Source of the DNA: Octopus vulgaris
Lineage: Eukaryota
Reading direction: 5' to 3'
Assembly (NCBI GenBank): GCA_951406725.2
Contig: OX597818.1
Coordinates: 39,866,001-39,930,000, forward strand
Length of the DNA stretch: 64,000 nucleotides
This document shows positions 24,021 through 37,394 of this stretch, in pieces. The notes under the pieces were generated by a model. It made no database searches. It was not told the origin of the DNA and saw only the letters and a program-made list of their open reading frames with translations. A program made the position numbers and the translations under genes. Numbering within the stretch: position 1 is the stretch's first letter; every line of letters begins with the position of its first letter.

Positions 24021-25211
24021 GTTAGAAAATAAATAATTATAGGACAGTATTAAATTTATTTATTCTGTTTTGAGATTATAAAGATTATAAGTTCAAATGT
24101 GTGCAGTCAGAAAAATAAATGGAGTAAGAACTGTCAACTGAGTTTGCCTGATAAATCGTTATCACTTTAATGTTCACTTCTCTGTGCTTGCATGGGTCAG
24201 ATGGAATTCATTGAGGCAGATTATTTATGACCAAATGCCTTTAATATATGTCAGTCATCTGTTTCCGAGCAAGGTAACATTTCCTCAAGGCTGGATATGT
24301 TTCTACAGGTGACTGAAAAACGATTGACACCATTTGTTTGAAGGTGACATTAAACTTCCAATGAGTGATTCTCAAAATAAAGAGATAGTAACATACACAC
24401 ACACACACCACATATACATACCTAAGATGTGGCAGGTGAGATGGACACCTTTTAGTTTCCATCTCCCAAATCCATTCACAAAGCCTTGGTCATCACAGGA
24501 CTATGGGGCTATAGCTGAAGACACTTGGCCATAGTGCCTTGCATTTGAAATGAAACTCAAACCACATAGTTGGGAGGCAAACTTCTTAACGACACGGCCA
24601 TCCCTGTTGCTCACATCCTTTTACTCAATGATCTCATATATACTGTAACCCATTAATATTATATTTCTTATCTGTTTTTTTAAAAACTCAAGTATAAACA
24701 ATATGAAACTTTTAATCTTGATTTCTTGAAATCCTCAAGAGCAAACATTGTAACATATTGCAGCATATGTGCCATAAAATAAATCACTAAACTTATTTGT
24801 ATGTCAGTGCATGTGAGCATAATTCTATTGTTGTAGTTTTTGTTTCAGTTGTTTGACCTGTCGGCCAGTCCTGACAGAGCAGACCTTCTGTGAAAGATTT
24901 TCTAGCAGCTATGATTAACCATTTATTTTTAAGATATGATGAAACTAGAGCTACGTTATTCAGCATGCCCTTCCTTTTTTAAGATGATAGGATATGATTT
25001 CTAAAGTGATTTTGCTGCTATTCCTAGCAGGTCAAATAAGAAATTTATTGATACGTGTCAACTAGTCTGCCCCAAACAAGCATTGTTATCAATCAAAAGT
25101 GTTTTAACCTGTCAAAATAAATAGGTAATAATCAATTTGGTTGCAGCCAACAGCTGGAACAATTTTTCTTTATTATACCTTCCAGTATCCAGAACATGTC
25201 CCTTAGTAAAA

Positions 25212-25417
25212 AGAAAAGAAATTATCACTTCTGTTGTGTCTGGGGAGAGTCATTTTTTTTTGGTACCTTATAATGTAACACACTCACCGGTAAAATTTCC
25301 ACTTATTTCTTATTTTTATTTTCCTAAGATTTTTGTTGCATCTTGCAGTAGAAATTTTACCGGTGAGTATGTTACATTATAAGGCACAAAAAGAAAATGA
25401 CTCTCCCCAGACACAAC
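25212..25417. repeat. Foldback repeat with ~65-bp arms
   Basis: gttgtgtctggggagagtcatttt...ccggtaaaattt versus its reverse complement. Confidence 0.85.
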
Positions 25418-25607
25418 TGAATATGCTTCAACACATGAACTCATATAAAGAATCTTGTAAACCAAATCCAAAAACGAAATATAAATCATTACTTTATTTT
25501 CTGATACTATTTTATCAACTTCAATACAAAAATACATATCTCAAACCAGTGGTTCACAACCTTTTGTACCTCAGCTTCTTTCCTTCACTGTATGGCATTT
25601 TATCCAC

Positions 25608-25953
25608 CCAAGATCCAGTATAATTTCATTATATAAATTCAAGCCTTCTTTAGTAATTTCTATAAATATTTAACATGGAGGTACTAGTTCATATAAATAT
25701 CTAAAAGAAGATACATATTGGATGGGGTACAGTAACAAAATATAGATTAAAAAAAAACCATTATTGAAAAAAAGCTGGGTTTTTTTAGAACATTTTACAA
25801 ATGCCTACCTCCCCGTGTTCCAAAAAATCTGTTTTTGCTCAATGGTTTATTATCTATATTTTCTTGTGGTACTCCATCTAATATGTATCTCCTTTTAGAT
25901 ATTTACATTATATAAGGCTTGAACTTATATAATGAAATTATATTGGACCTTGG
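25608..25953. repeat. Degenerate foldback inside a hAT-like MITE
   Basis: ccaagatccagtataatttcattatataa is inverse to ttatataatgaaattatattggaccttgg; cagtggttcacaacc hAT-like end at 25548. Confidence 0.6.
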
Positions 25954-27081
25954 AAATATATTATTCAAGACCCAATAGCAGTGAAATTACTCTTACATAA
26001 CATCCATGAGCTCATTTGGTCTTGCTTGGGGATTCAGCCAGATCAATTGGAGACAGCTGCTTCTGACAGGACTCAATGGAAAGCATGCTTAAGGACGCTA
26101 CTCCAATGACCCTCCTAGGAATAAGTGGACAAAGAAGACGAGATGAGATATTGGACTGTGATACATTATCAGTAATTATCAGTCATATATCTGCTCACTA
26201 ATAATACAATATGTTTTTCATATTCTAATCCCAATAAATTTTTTTAAATCTGAAAATGTGCTTAAAATGTAATGATCATTCATGGTTTAAATACTTTATT
26301 TTCAAGAAAAATTATGACCCTTCTAAACACCTGGTGACCCCTAAAGCACCTGTTTGACATTTGCCACTTTATTGATTCACAACACCCTGAAAGAGGTGCT
26401 ATGACCCTGTTTAACAATCAGTTTTGCATATGTTTCTAAGTTGGGTGATATGACCATAGAATTTCTTTTTCTGTTTTTTCTATTCCCCACTCAGACATTA
26501 CATATCTGTTTCAAGTCACTACGAAATTAAATCAGCAAAGTGACATTCATATTTTCCTCAGCAATATATATTTTGTATATGAAGTATAAAATAACTGCAA
26601 TGTGTTGGTGTTAGGAAGGGCATCCAGCCATAAAAACCCGGCCAAAACAGACAGTGGAGCCTGGTGCAGTCTTCTGCCTCGCCAGCTCCTGTCAAACCAT
26701 CTAACCCATGCCAGCATGGAAAAGGGATGTTAAATGATGATGACAATGATGATGATGATGTCTGTCCTAACACATGCACCACCATCTCTCTCACTCTCTC
26801 CATCCTTCTCCCTTCTTCTCTAACTGGGATATCCTTATATCTCTTGTGCAGCAAAACCCTTATCTCTATCCCTCTTTTAATCCCTCATCAACCAGCACAA
26901 AGCTCCCACTCTCAATACTATTCCCCTCCAGTCAAGAAGACTTTGCCTTGTCTTGCAAATTGCTCAGTGACCCTGCTGGTGATGGTGCAATGAAGAAGCA
27001 CTTAATACATTCGGTAAAGTGGTTGGCATTAGAAAGGGCATCCAGCCATAGAAATCATGCCAAGACAGAGCTTGGCACAGT

Positions 27082-27372
27082 CCTTGTCAAACCATCTCTT
27101 GTCAAACTATCTCTTGTCAAACCATATTGTCAAACAATCTCTTGTCAAACCATATCTTGTCAAACCATCTTGTCAAACCATCTCTTGTCAAACCATCTTG
27201 TCAATCCATCTTTTGTCAAACCATCTCTTGTCAAACCATCTCTTGTCAAACCATCTCTTGTCAAACCATCTCTTGTCAAGCCCTCTTGTCAAACTAACTC
27301 TTGTCAAACCATCTTGTCAAACTATCTCTTGTCCAACCATCTCTTTTCAAACCAGCTCTTGTCAAACCATCT
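27082..27372 (+). repeat. 15-17 bp minisatellite (cttgtcaaaccatct) inside an RTE 3' UTR fragment
   Basis: About 17 units between ...ccagccatagaaatc and ctaacccatgccagcatg. Confidence 0.95.
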
Positions 27373-27403
27373 AACCCATGCCAGCATGAAGAACGACCAT
27401 TAA

Positions 27404-27447
<44 letters not shown>

Positions 27448-27911
27448 ATTGTAACTAATATGTAGGGTTTGCTTCACAGTTTGTCAGATATAATACAATT
27501 GATAAAATAATAAAAATGTATTTTCTGTGAATGATAACACACTTTATCATAAATACTAATAGAGAGAAAGCAACAAATGCACAAAGAGATAGACATAAAT
27601 CATGAGTCATTTCTTTCAATTGGTGTCCTATTGTTTAAACAATAATAAAGTACTATAGATATATATTGTCAGTAAATCATAAATCCCAAAAAGTAGCACA
27701 CTAAGTTACAGAGCAGAAGATTATATGCATAGAGATAGATATGTTCAGTTTATGCTAGAGATGCTATGGAGTCTAAAGAAATGCTGTAAAACTAAGCGCT
27801 TTATGGACGTGAAACCCAGGGTAACCCTATAGACTGGCCATGTCTATCTTTATCTATCTATCTATCTATCTATCTATCTCTCTATCTATTATCTATCTAT
27901 CTATCTCTCTG

Positions 27912-28015
<104 letters not shown>

Positions 28016-28184
28016 TGATCTAGTCGCCATGATTGACCACTAACTCCAAAAGCTTTTTTTATTCTCTCTATGTTTATTTCCTCATATTCCTTTCTCTTGA
28101 AGAGAGTAGGCTTGAAACATAAAAGACTTTCTCACCTTCCTGAGCATCAAGCTAATACACCTGCTTGTTGTTTATACACCTATA

Positions 28185-28850
28185 TACAGGGGGCAGTGAA
28201 TAAATTGATGTCTAAATTACGCAAAAATTAAAATAACACTGACATCTCATTTTAACAGATATATTTACCAAAATTACATAAAAATATCTTGAAATACTAA
28301 AGAGTAAATTTATTCAATAAAATCACCATTGGCTTAAACCACGGCCTCCAGACGACTTTGGAATCTCATGCAACTCTTCTGGATGGTCTCCTTGTTTAAG
28401 TTGGTGAATGCTGCCATAATCCTTGCCTTCAGTTCATCTTTGGTGTCACAAGGAGTTTTGTTAGTCTCTCGCTCAACTGTACCCCACACATAATAATCAA
28501 GGGGTTTTCAGTCTGGGGAGTAAGTTGGCCAGATGTTAGGTGTGATGTCTGACAGCCATGACTGGGTTCTTTTGCTTGAGTGGCATGGTGCAGGGTCCTG
28601 TTGCCAGACATAAGATCTTCCAGCAGCTACCCTCTTGACTCAGGGCAGCACTACCACCTCTAGGCACTTGATGTAGGCCTCTGTGTTGAGTCTGAGGTTG
28701 TGTGGGAAGATGAATGGAGGCATCACATCACCATCACTTGTGATCACTAGGAATTGTGTTGGTATCTTGCTCAACTGCACCTCCACACATAACAATCAAG
28801 GGGGTTGCCATCTGGAGATTTAGATGGCTAGATCTTAGGGGTTCCCACAA
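28185..28850 (-). mobile_element. Tc1/mariner (maT-like) transposase 3' fragment
   Basis: WPTYSPD..PLDYYVWGTVERD...KDELKARIMAAFTNLNKETIQKSC..ANGDFIE; terminal cagggg after TA. Confidence 0.8.
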
Positions 28851-29315
28851 TACAGACAAATTCCTTTGCATGAACTCATAGAGAGATGTGCAGGTAATAT
28901 CTAACCAAACTTCACAGTTTCTCCAGCTACCACTGCAAAGAAACAATATCTCTACAAGACCATTTAATAAAGAAAATTTGTTCATCAAAAAATACAGAAC
29001 ATATCTACTTTGATCTCATTATATATTTTAATTCATGATCACATTTCCGTCACTGTACATATTTCTTCTCACTACTTTAGCTTTTGAGATTTTGTGCATA
29101 TTTATCCCCTCCCCTAAAGATGAACAATTACCTCCCCTATCCCCAGTAATAGATTAATGCTTTATGTTTTAGAGAGTGCTTCTTTTCCAGATATATGATA
29201 CATAGGTGATATACATAAGCATGTACATAGATAAACAGATTGTTTATCATTTGTTGGACAAGTGATTAAAGTCAAACTCTGAGTAACAACAATGTGATAT
29301 TTCAGATTTTAATAA

Positions 29316-29349
<34 letters not shown>

Positions 29350-29362
29350 ATGTATATACACA

Positions 29363-29650
29363 TATCATCATCATCAGCATCGTTTAACGTCCGTCTTCCA
29401 TGCTAGCATGGGTAGGACGGTTTGACCAGATCTGGCAGTGTTTCTACAGCTGGATGCCCTTCCTAACGCCAATCACTCCCTGAGTGTAGTGGGTGCTTTT
29501 TATGTGCCACCAGCAAAGGTGCCAGGAGAGGCTGGCAGCAGCCATGATTGGTTGGTGCTTTTTACATGCCACCGGCACAGAGGCCAGTCAAGGCAGCGCT
29601 AGCATCAGCCACGTTCGGATGGTGCTTTTTACATGCCACCGGCACAGGTA
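29363..29650 (-). mobile_element. RTE LINE 3' UTR fragment
   Basis: Reverse complement of about 5500-5778. Confidence 0.85.
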
Positions 29651-30712
29651 TTACAACTACAATATATATGTATAAATAAATATAAAATACATCAAGTATA
29701 GGACATCATCATCGAGTGAAAATTATGTAGGCACATGAGCGATAAGTACAGGACGAATTACCAAAAATTATACATTAAGAACAGGAGGTCACCAATGAAT
29801 GAAACATATGTAAACACATGAGAGACAAGTATGGGACAAAATACCAAAAGAAGTCTAGCCCCTCCTCAGTTGTCGACTGATAACTACTCCTTATTTTGAG
29901 CTTTCAGTGACAATATAGGAAAACTTCATAAAACAGCAGCATCCAGAAATTTTTTAAATATAAAATTTCTGGAGAGTTAGGGCTTTGAATGAACAAACAA
30001 CAACAGAGTGGACATACATAGTAAACAATCGACAAAGACAGACATTAAGGGTCATTAGGCCAAGAAGCATTGTAATGGGTAGCACCAGGGAGAAATTTTG
30101 GAAAGACTTTCGCCTGACCCCACCCCCATTTTCTCCCAAATTTGTTTATTAAAAAAATTTTTTTTACCAAAAATCCCCGTTTTCGGATACAGAGGTTCTG
30201 GAAAATGGCCAAAAATTTTTCCCACCTTTCCCACCAACTTCTTCAATTTTGACCTTTTTCTGCAACACTAACCCTAAAACTGTAACCGTAAGTACAGAAA
30301 TATTTTGAAATTTTTGTCTGAATCCTCATGTTTGTATTTATCTGTATATTTAGAAAAGAAAAATTCTTAAATGGGGGTGGGGCCTTATTTTAGAAATGTC
30401 GATTTTTGCCAATTTTTTTGCAGATTCGTATGCCCTGTAGCCGAAAAGGGAGGGTGTTGTGTCAAAAAAAAAATTTTTTATGGGTGGTTTTGGTGGGGTG
30501 GGGGAACTCTTGCCGAAATTTTGAAAGGATATAGAATAAATACAAGAGAAGAAAATAGCAGAAGAGAAAAAATGTCGGGAGGCAAGAAAAAATGATGTCC
30601 AGAGGAGAGAAAAAAATGGCCAGTAGTCATGTGGGAACAAACATCAGCCGTAAACATAAATCCGAAAAAAGAAGCACACTCTAAGTTATAGAGCAGTATA
30701 TATTAAAGTTAG

Positions 30713-30857
30713 ATAAGACTGGTTTATGGGATTACCTTAGGTTTCACATCCATATAGAGGCCTTTAGCCAACAGGTTTTGGGATCTGATTATTACACCAT
30801 AAAGCTAAGCCCTTTATGGACATGAAACCTTAGGTAATCCCATAAACTGGCCTTATC
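30713..30857 (+). ncRNA. Short foldback element containing a type I hammerhead motif (30774-30847, G8U)
   Basis: gggat CTGATTA ..ccataaag-ctaagcc-ctttatgg.. GAAA cc-tta-gg TA atccc, preceded by an inverted copy of its own 3' end. Confidence 0.6.
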
Positions 30858-30899
30858 TAACATATATACTTATATATATTTGTATATATATATATATAT

Positions 30900-31061
30900 G
30901 CAGGAGTGGCTGTGTGGTAAGTAGCTTGCTTACCAACCACATGGTTTGGTTTCAGGTTCACTCTCACTGCTTGGCACCTTGGGCAAGTGTCTTCTACTAT
31001 AGCCTCAGGCTGATCAAAGCCTTGTGAGTGGACTTGGTAGACGGAAACTGAAAGAAGCCTG

Positions 31062-31100
<39 letters not shown>

Positions 31101-31116
31101 TGCATGTATGTATGTG

Positions 31117-31148
<32 letters not shown>

Positions 31149-31400
31149 TGTATGTATGTATGTATGTATGTGTTTGTGTGTCTGTGTTTGTCTCCCAACA
31201 TCGCTTGACAACCGATGCTGGTGTGTTTACGTCCCTGTCACTTAGCGGTTCAGCAAGAGAGACCGATAGAATAAGTACTAGGCTTACAAAGAATAAGTCA
31301 CAGGGTCGATTTGCTCGACTAAAGGCGGTGCTCCAGCATGGCCACAGTCAAATGGCTGAAACAAATAAAAAGATAAATCAAATAAAAAGATAAAAAAAGA
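30900..31400 (+). mobile_element. SINE family A
   Basis: Full head to tail. Confidence 0.9.
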
Positions 31401-31513
31401 ATATATATACACATATATTTGAATTTTCTCTGACTCCTCAGATTTTTTGAATGCTGGACTACTGGTTTTAAATTGATATTAAAATTAATATTAATTTATC
31501 TCCCTCAATTTTT

Positions 31514-31551
<38 letters not shown>

Positions 31552-32101
31552 GTTTTTGTTATATTTGTAAACACTTATGCCTATATCATTATTGCATATT
31601 GTATCTCTTTCTCTCTCTTATACTATTCCTGTATCTGTGTCTCTCTGTCTCTTTCTTTATCACTCTCTCTCTCTCAATATGTTATTATATCAGCTTAATG
31701 ATGAAATGGAAAGTTACACATAGAAAAACATTTTAAGATAAGGAGAACAAATAGTTACTCATTGCTTGTTGAATAACACTCAGGGAATGTGGATAACGTT
31801 TCATAAATGTATAGAGAGCTGTCGTGACTGAACTGCGGAAAAACAGAGATATGTGCGTGCGTGCGTGTGCAGTGAAAACTGCAAACATCTCCCACACCCT
31901 ACTAGTTATCTTTTTCTTATTTCAGTTATTGGACTGTGGCCATGCTGGAATACTGCCTCGAAGGTCATATTTTTTGAAAGCGAGGTACTTATTTTATTCA
32001 TCCGTTTTGCCCAACTACTAAGTTATAGGGACTTAAACAAACCAACACCAGTCATTAAGTGGTGAGTGACAAATACACACAACACCACCCACAAAATTTT
32101 A

Positions 32102-32527
32102 GGATCTTTTCGGTTTGACCGGCAGTTTTTTAAAATAATTTCTACGTAACTAAACACTTATAAACTTCGTATACTGGTAGAATGTGTCTATAAAACATCT
32201 TTTTCCCTTGGCTTTATTGAGAAAATTCTATAGTTTGTAAGATATTTGTTGTTTTTTTCTTCAATTTCTGCAGTTTCAACCAATCACTGACGTCTATTGA
32301 GGTAAAAACATTCAGTGCCGTATGAATATGACCCTCGTTTAAGAAACAGATTGGGTTTATTTACATTTCTGAAGGAAAAAAGATACCCTTCCCCCCACCC
32401 CTAACCCTAACTAACCCTAACCCTAAAACAGATTGAAATGCAATAGATCGATACTAGGGTCATAATTATGGGTGACAATTTCATATGACACCGCTAGAAA
32501 AAACTGCCGTTCAAACCGAAAAGATCC
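32102..32527. mobile_element. MITE with telomeric-like repeats, copy of 10171-10590
   Basis: Same TIRs and body. Confidence 0.9.
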
Positions 32528-33201
32528 CAATCGTGTTGTTTTGGTGAGAATTGAAACATAGCTTTCCCTTTCTTTTATTATAATAGTAACTATGGAAGAC
32601 CATAATTTAGTTATTGCAGGTTTACTAGTAATACCAATACAGATGTACATAGATTTATATGTTTCTTGTTGTTTGATTTTAAAGTTAGTGTTTAGTCTTG
32701 CCTATAGTTAGATTGAATACTGTTGTACATAGGGTAAATGTGTTTGAAAGTTGTGGGGTTTTGTTTTTTTGTATGTTTGTTCCCAACCAACACTTCTTTT
32801 TGTGCTGTTGACACCACCGGATTGGATGGTACTACTCAAGTGTCGAAACCATAATCATATCAGTGGGGCAGCTGATGATAGAGGTGTGTTGGATTGTTGG
32901 TATGACTGTTTTTGTATATGTAGAATAGTGTCATAAAACATCCTTTTGATATATATACATACATACACACACACATAAATATAAATATATATATATATAT
33001 ACATACATAGAGAGAGAGAGAGAGAGAGATACATACATATTATACATACCTACACACATACACATATATTTATATACATACATATATATATACATATATA
33101 TGTATTCATACATGTACACACACCCATATATTTACATACATACATATATATATACATATATATGTATTCATACATGTACACACACCCATATATTTACATA
33201 C

Positions 33202-33260
<59 letters not shown>

Positions 33261-33399
33261 ATATATTCATATATATATATATATATATATTCATACATGT
33301 ACACACACACAAACACACAAACATACCTACACACACACACACACACAATATGGTTGAGAAATGGATCAGTCTGGTTACAGAGAAGAAACAACAAGCAAA

Positions 33400-33900
33400 T
33401 TTCATATCTGTGCATTTTCTGATTTATATTCAAATTTATACCCATTTGTCGAGCTTTTTTGATTTTCTAATCACATCCAAATGGTTGCAGGCAGTTTTCT
33501 GGCTAACTTGAAGTTCTTTTGCCATTTCTTGAGTGGTTTTATGTGGATTTTTCTCAAAGATAGTCTTTATTTGGCCGTCATTGATGACACATGGGTGTCC
33601 ATTACACTCATGATCTTCAAGGCTCAGGTCTCCACTGCGAAATCATTTAAACCATTTTCGAGCTGACCACTCACTGGTCATTTCCTCACCAAATGTTTCA
33701 TTGATATTATGAGCAGTTTTAACTGCTTTACATCCTTTTTTTTTAAAGTTGAATACCAAACTTGATCGAATATCACACTTTGACAGTTTCCATTTCAGAA
33801 GATTGTAACAACAATGAAAAAAATATCAATGTTAATTTATTGATGCATTTGGGTAAGTCTGTGTCTGTATTATCAGACAATTTCAAAAAATTGTTTAAAA
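33400..33900 (-). pseudogene. Mariner transposase N-terminal remnant
   Basis: TAHNINETFGEEMTSEWSARKWF..FRSGDLSLED...KNPHKTTQEMAKEL...KKLDKWV. Confidence 0.8.
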
Positions 33901-34359
33901 AAAATATGAAACTCTGCAAAAATCCAGTACAAATTCTTCATGGTTCAAAATGTTGCTTACTTTTTACTCAACCTGATATATATACACATATATATACAAT
34001 GTGCTTCCACACAGTTTCCATCTTCTAAATTCCCTTGTAAAGCAGTAGTTGGCCAAGTACTATAGTAGGAGACATTTGCCCAAGGTGCTGTGCAGTGGAA
34101 CAGAACCCAAAACCAAGTGGCTGCAAGTGAGTTTCAGAACCACAATGACTTAAAAGAGATATGAAAGTGCTTGTGTCCCTTTTCAAGGCTTTTATGCCTG
34201 ATAGCAGGAAGGAGATAAGGTTATTCACAAGCTGGGAACCTGTCCTGAATGCTTGCAGCAGAGTGGACTCTATGAAAGGTACCTAAGAAAGAGAATAGTG
34301 TTAAACAGGGCAACAAATTAAGTCTACAAACCATCCAAAAAATATGAAGAGATTCTTAA

Positions 34360-34815
34360 GGCAGTGAGGTGGCAGAATCGTTAACATGGTGGGCAGAATG
34401 CTTAGCAGTATTTCGTCTATATTTAGGTCCTGGGTTCAAAATGCTGCTGGGATCGACTTTGCTTTTAAACTTTTGGGGTTGATAAAGTAAATACCAGTTG
34501 AGCATTAGGATTCATTTAATTAACTTAACCCTTCCTCCGAAATTTCTGGCCTTGTGCCAAAATTTGAAGCCAATATGAAGAGATTCCTAAAGCAGTGAGC
34601 TGGCAGAATTGCTAGCATTCTGGGCAAGATGCTCAGTGACATTTCGTGCGTTGCCCGTCTTTACATTCTGGTTTCAAATGCCACTGGGGTTCACTTTGCC
34701 TTTCATCATTTCAGGGGTCAATAAAATAAGTACCTGTTAAGCTTTTCAGTTGATTTAATCAAGTTAGTCCCCTCCCCCAAAAATGCTGGCCTTGTGCTAA
34801 AATTTGAAACCAATA
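34360..34815 (+). mobile_element. Two tandem older SINE family B copies
   Basis: Two heads ggcagtgag.tggcagaat; repeated aatatgaagagattc flanks. Confidence 0.75.
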
Positions 34816-34984
34816 TGAAGAGATTCCACTCAGCTCCAGCTTACCAAACTTCACTCACACTCTCACCCTGACCCAAACCCCATCCTACTGGCAAATATTT
34901 CTCATACTGTGGTAGCCCTGTTTTGCTCCAAACCCAAGAGGAATAATTGAAGAAGAAAAGTAGGAAGGAAAGAAGGAGAGAAGG

Positions 34985-35305
34985 ATCCCTTTCAGTCATG
35001 AATGACCATGAGATTGCACCCAGAAAGTTCCCCTCCAAGGCACAAGTCTGGGCAAGGCTGTTTATTGAAGACCAGCAGTCGCCCATGCATACCAGCTTCC
35101 CCGCTCCATGGCATTGATGTTATCCAAGAGAACGGCAAACACCAATACCAGTGGTGTCACAACTAGTTTCTACAGCTGAGTGAAGTAGAGCAGTATGGAA
35201 TAAAGTGTCTTGCCCAAGACCACAACACACAGCACAGTCCAGGAAACGAACTCACTTTCTCATGATTGTGAGCCCTACTCTCTTACCGCTGGGCCATGTG
35301 CCTTC
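34985..35305 (-). mobile_element. tRNA-derived SINE, family C
   Basis: Minus strand ggcacatggcccagcggtaag head, B-box-like gagttcgtttcc, cttgggcaagacac; related to 61558-61880. Confidence 0.7.
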
Positions 35306-36101
35306 ACAGGGGGTATAATAACAGTCTAATCAATTAAAATAATTTACTTTCTGGGTTTTGACCTGGATAATTTTGCTCCAGTTTTTTTTTCAATAGCTGA
35401 CAGACCCACAAACTGGATGTGACATTTTCAGACCTCAAGTGACAAAAGAGTCCACCCTATACTATTCCTTTCATCTTTTCTGATGATCGCTGTGGTTTTC
35501 CCAATTTCTGGTATGAAACTGATCAGTAAATTAGTTGATATTAGAATAGTATATTAGATTTTATTAATGATTCTTTCTACTAATAGACACAAGGCCTGAG
35601 GAGTCTAGTGGATTATATTGACCCCAAAATGATGAGAGACAAAGATGACCTTGGCTTTATTATTAACAACACTCCCTTTTTTTTAAACCAGCATGTGAGT
35701 ACTTTTTCTTTTTCTGATTCACAGATTTTTAATTTAGGTGTTAGCCTCACCTCTTCCCAACTCCCATTCCTAATAATTTTGAGCCACATAGTTCCGGATT
35801 CAGTCCTACTGCATGGAACCTTAAGCAAGTGTCTTCTACTATAGCCTCAGGCCGACCTAAACCTTGTGAGTGGATTTGGTAGACAGAAACTGAAAGAAGC
35901 CTGGTCGTATATATGTATATATAGATACATGTATGTGTGTGTATATGTTTGTGTGTCTGTGTTTGTCGCCCCAACATCGCTTGACAACCGATGCTGGTGT
36001 GTTTACATCCCCGTAACTTAGCGGTTTGGCAAAAGAGACTGATGGAATAAGTACTAGGCTTACAAAGAACAACTGAAACAAGTAAAAGAGTATATATATA
36101 T

Positions 36102-36142
<41 letters not shown>

Positions 36143-36356
36143 TTGATTGATAGAACATATGATGTATGCGTGTGCATATTTGTATGTATGTATGTATGTA
36201 TCTATCTATCTATCTATCTATATATATATATATATATATAAATATAAAAGCAATTAAGATTCAAGTCGATTCTAATGAATTCACTTGAATGTGGTACTTA
36301 ACTTAGATGCACCAGAAAACTATATGGTGTTAACCAATACAGTAGTTTGGGGTGAT

Positions 36357-36515
36357 TATAAACGAGAAAAGAAGCAACAAGAATGGATTAGTTTTTAGTA
36401 CAATTGTTTCATACAAAGACAGGCTTTATTTGCAACTTTTAATAAAGCCTGTCTTTGTATGAAACAATTGTACTAAAAACTAATCCATTCTTGTTGCTTC
36501 TTTTCTCATTTATAT
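36357..36515. repeat. Near-perfect ~160-bp palindrome containing the 3' half of an HHR
   Basis: Arms of about 70 bp; GAAAC-AATT-GTA at 36461-36472. Confidence 0.85.
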
Positions 36516-36719
36516 ATATATATATATATAGGGAGAATTCAGAAAAAACAAAAGACGAAGACAGGTGAAGTAGACAACAAACAGATATATTAGTTTAACG
36601 TTCGGGAAGTCAAAAAGTCTTTAACATTTCAAGCCTACACTCTTCCACAGAAAGGAACACAGAAGGAAACAAAGAGAGAGAAAATAAGGAATGTGTAGTG
36701 GCTAGCGATCAAAGAAATA

Positions 36720-37030
36720 ACTATGGTTCAGTTGAATTAGATTTAGTAGTTGATAAAGAGATAAATGAATTAGAAATGAATTACTGTTCTTTACAAGCTA
36801 TGACCCCAATGGGCTTCATGCAATTCTTGGAAGTGCATCTATTCTTAGCTACATCAATTTCTTCCATCTTCTTGCTCTGTTAAAGTATTTGAGAGAAATT
36901 ATGTTAATGTGTCCGACTGGTTAAAATTCTATTTATCTATTTGTGCAGCTGAAGATGGCATTGCTTTTAAATTGATGTAATGATTGCATTATTAAATTAA
37001 ATGGAGCCACAGGAAACTGTCGTACTGCAT
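36720..37030 (+). mobile_element. PLE 3' remnant: endonuclease C-terminus followed by an HHR motif
   Basis: ELEMNYCSLQAMTPMGF resembles the E..WI..L.T..P.G.N end of GIY-YIG; gtgcag CTGAAGA tggc...gcca.. GAAAC tgtc GTA ctgcat at 36943-37030. Confidence 0.55.
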
Positions 37031-37307
37031 TACTACCCAATATGCTGTAGCTTATTTTGATTTTATATATGTGTGTGTATGTATGTGTATGTGCATGTGT
37101 GTGTGTATGTATCTATATATATATATGTATAAATATATATATATATGTATGTATGAATATATACATACACACACATATGTGTGTGTGGATATGTATACAC
37201 ACATATACACACACATAAATTTCCAAGGCACAAGGATGTTTATCTTGCTTTGTTGAGTCAAAATGAATTTAACTTAACAAAATACAATTATGTAATAGAG
37301 AGTTTAG

Positions 37308-37394
<87 letters not shown>

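Noticed and set aside
22191-25202. Two possible minus-strand microexons (about 25180-25202 and 22191-22212) joining to MFWILEVVTTSGR
   Set aside because: Such short AG..GT matches are expected by chance and the acceptors are weak.
26774-27403. 209-aa ORF with LVKPS repeats
   Set aside because: Produced by the 15-17 bp minisatellite and RTE UTR.
30090-30530. Homopolymer-rich, loosely inverted region
   Set aside because: Probably a degenerate MITE; boundaries and TIRs cannot be defined by eye.
32840-32885. GAAA followed by CTGATGA, suggesting a type II hammerhead
   Set aside because: Required helices are not complementary in either family copy.
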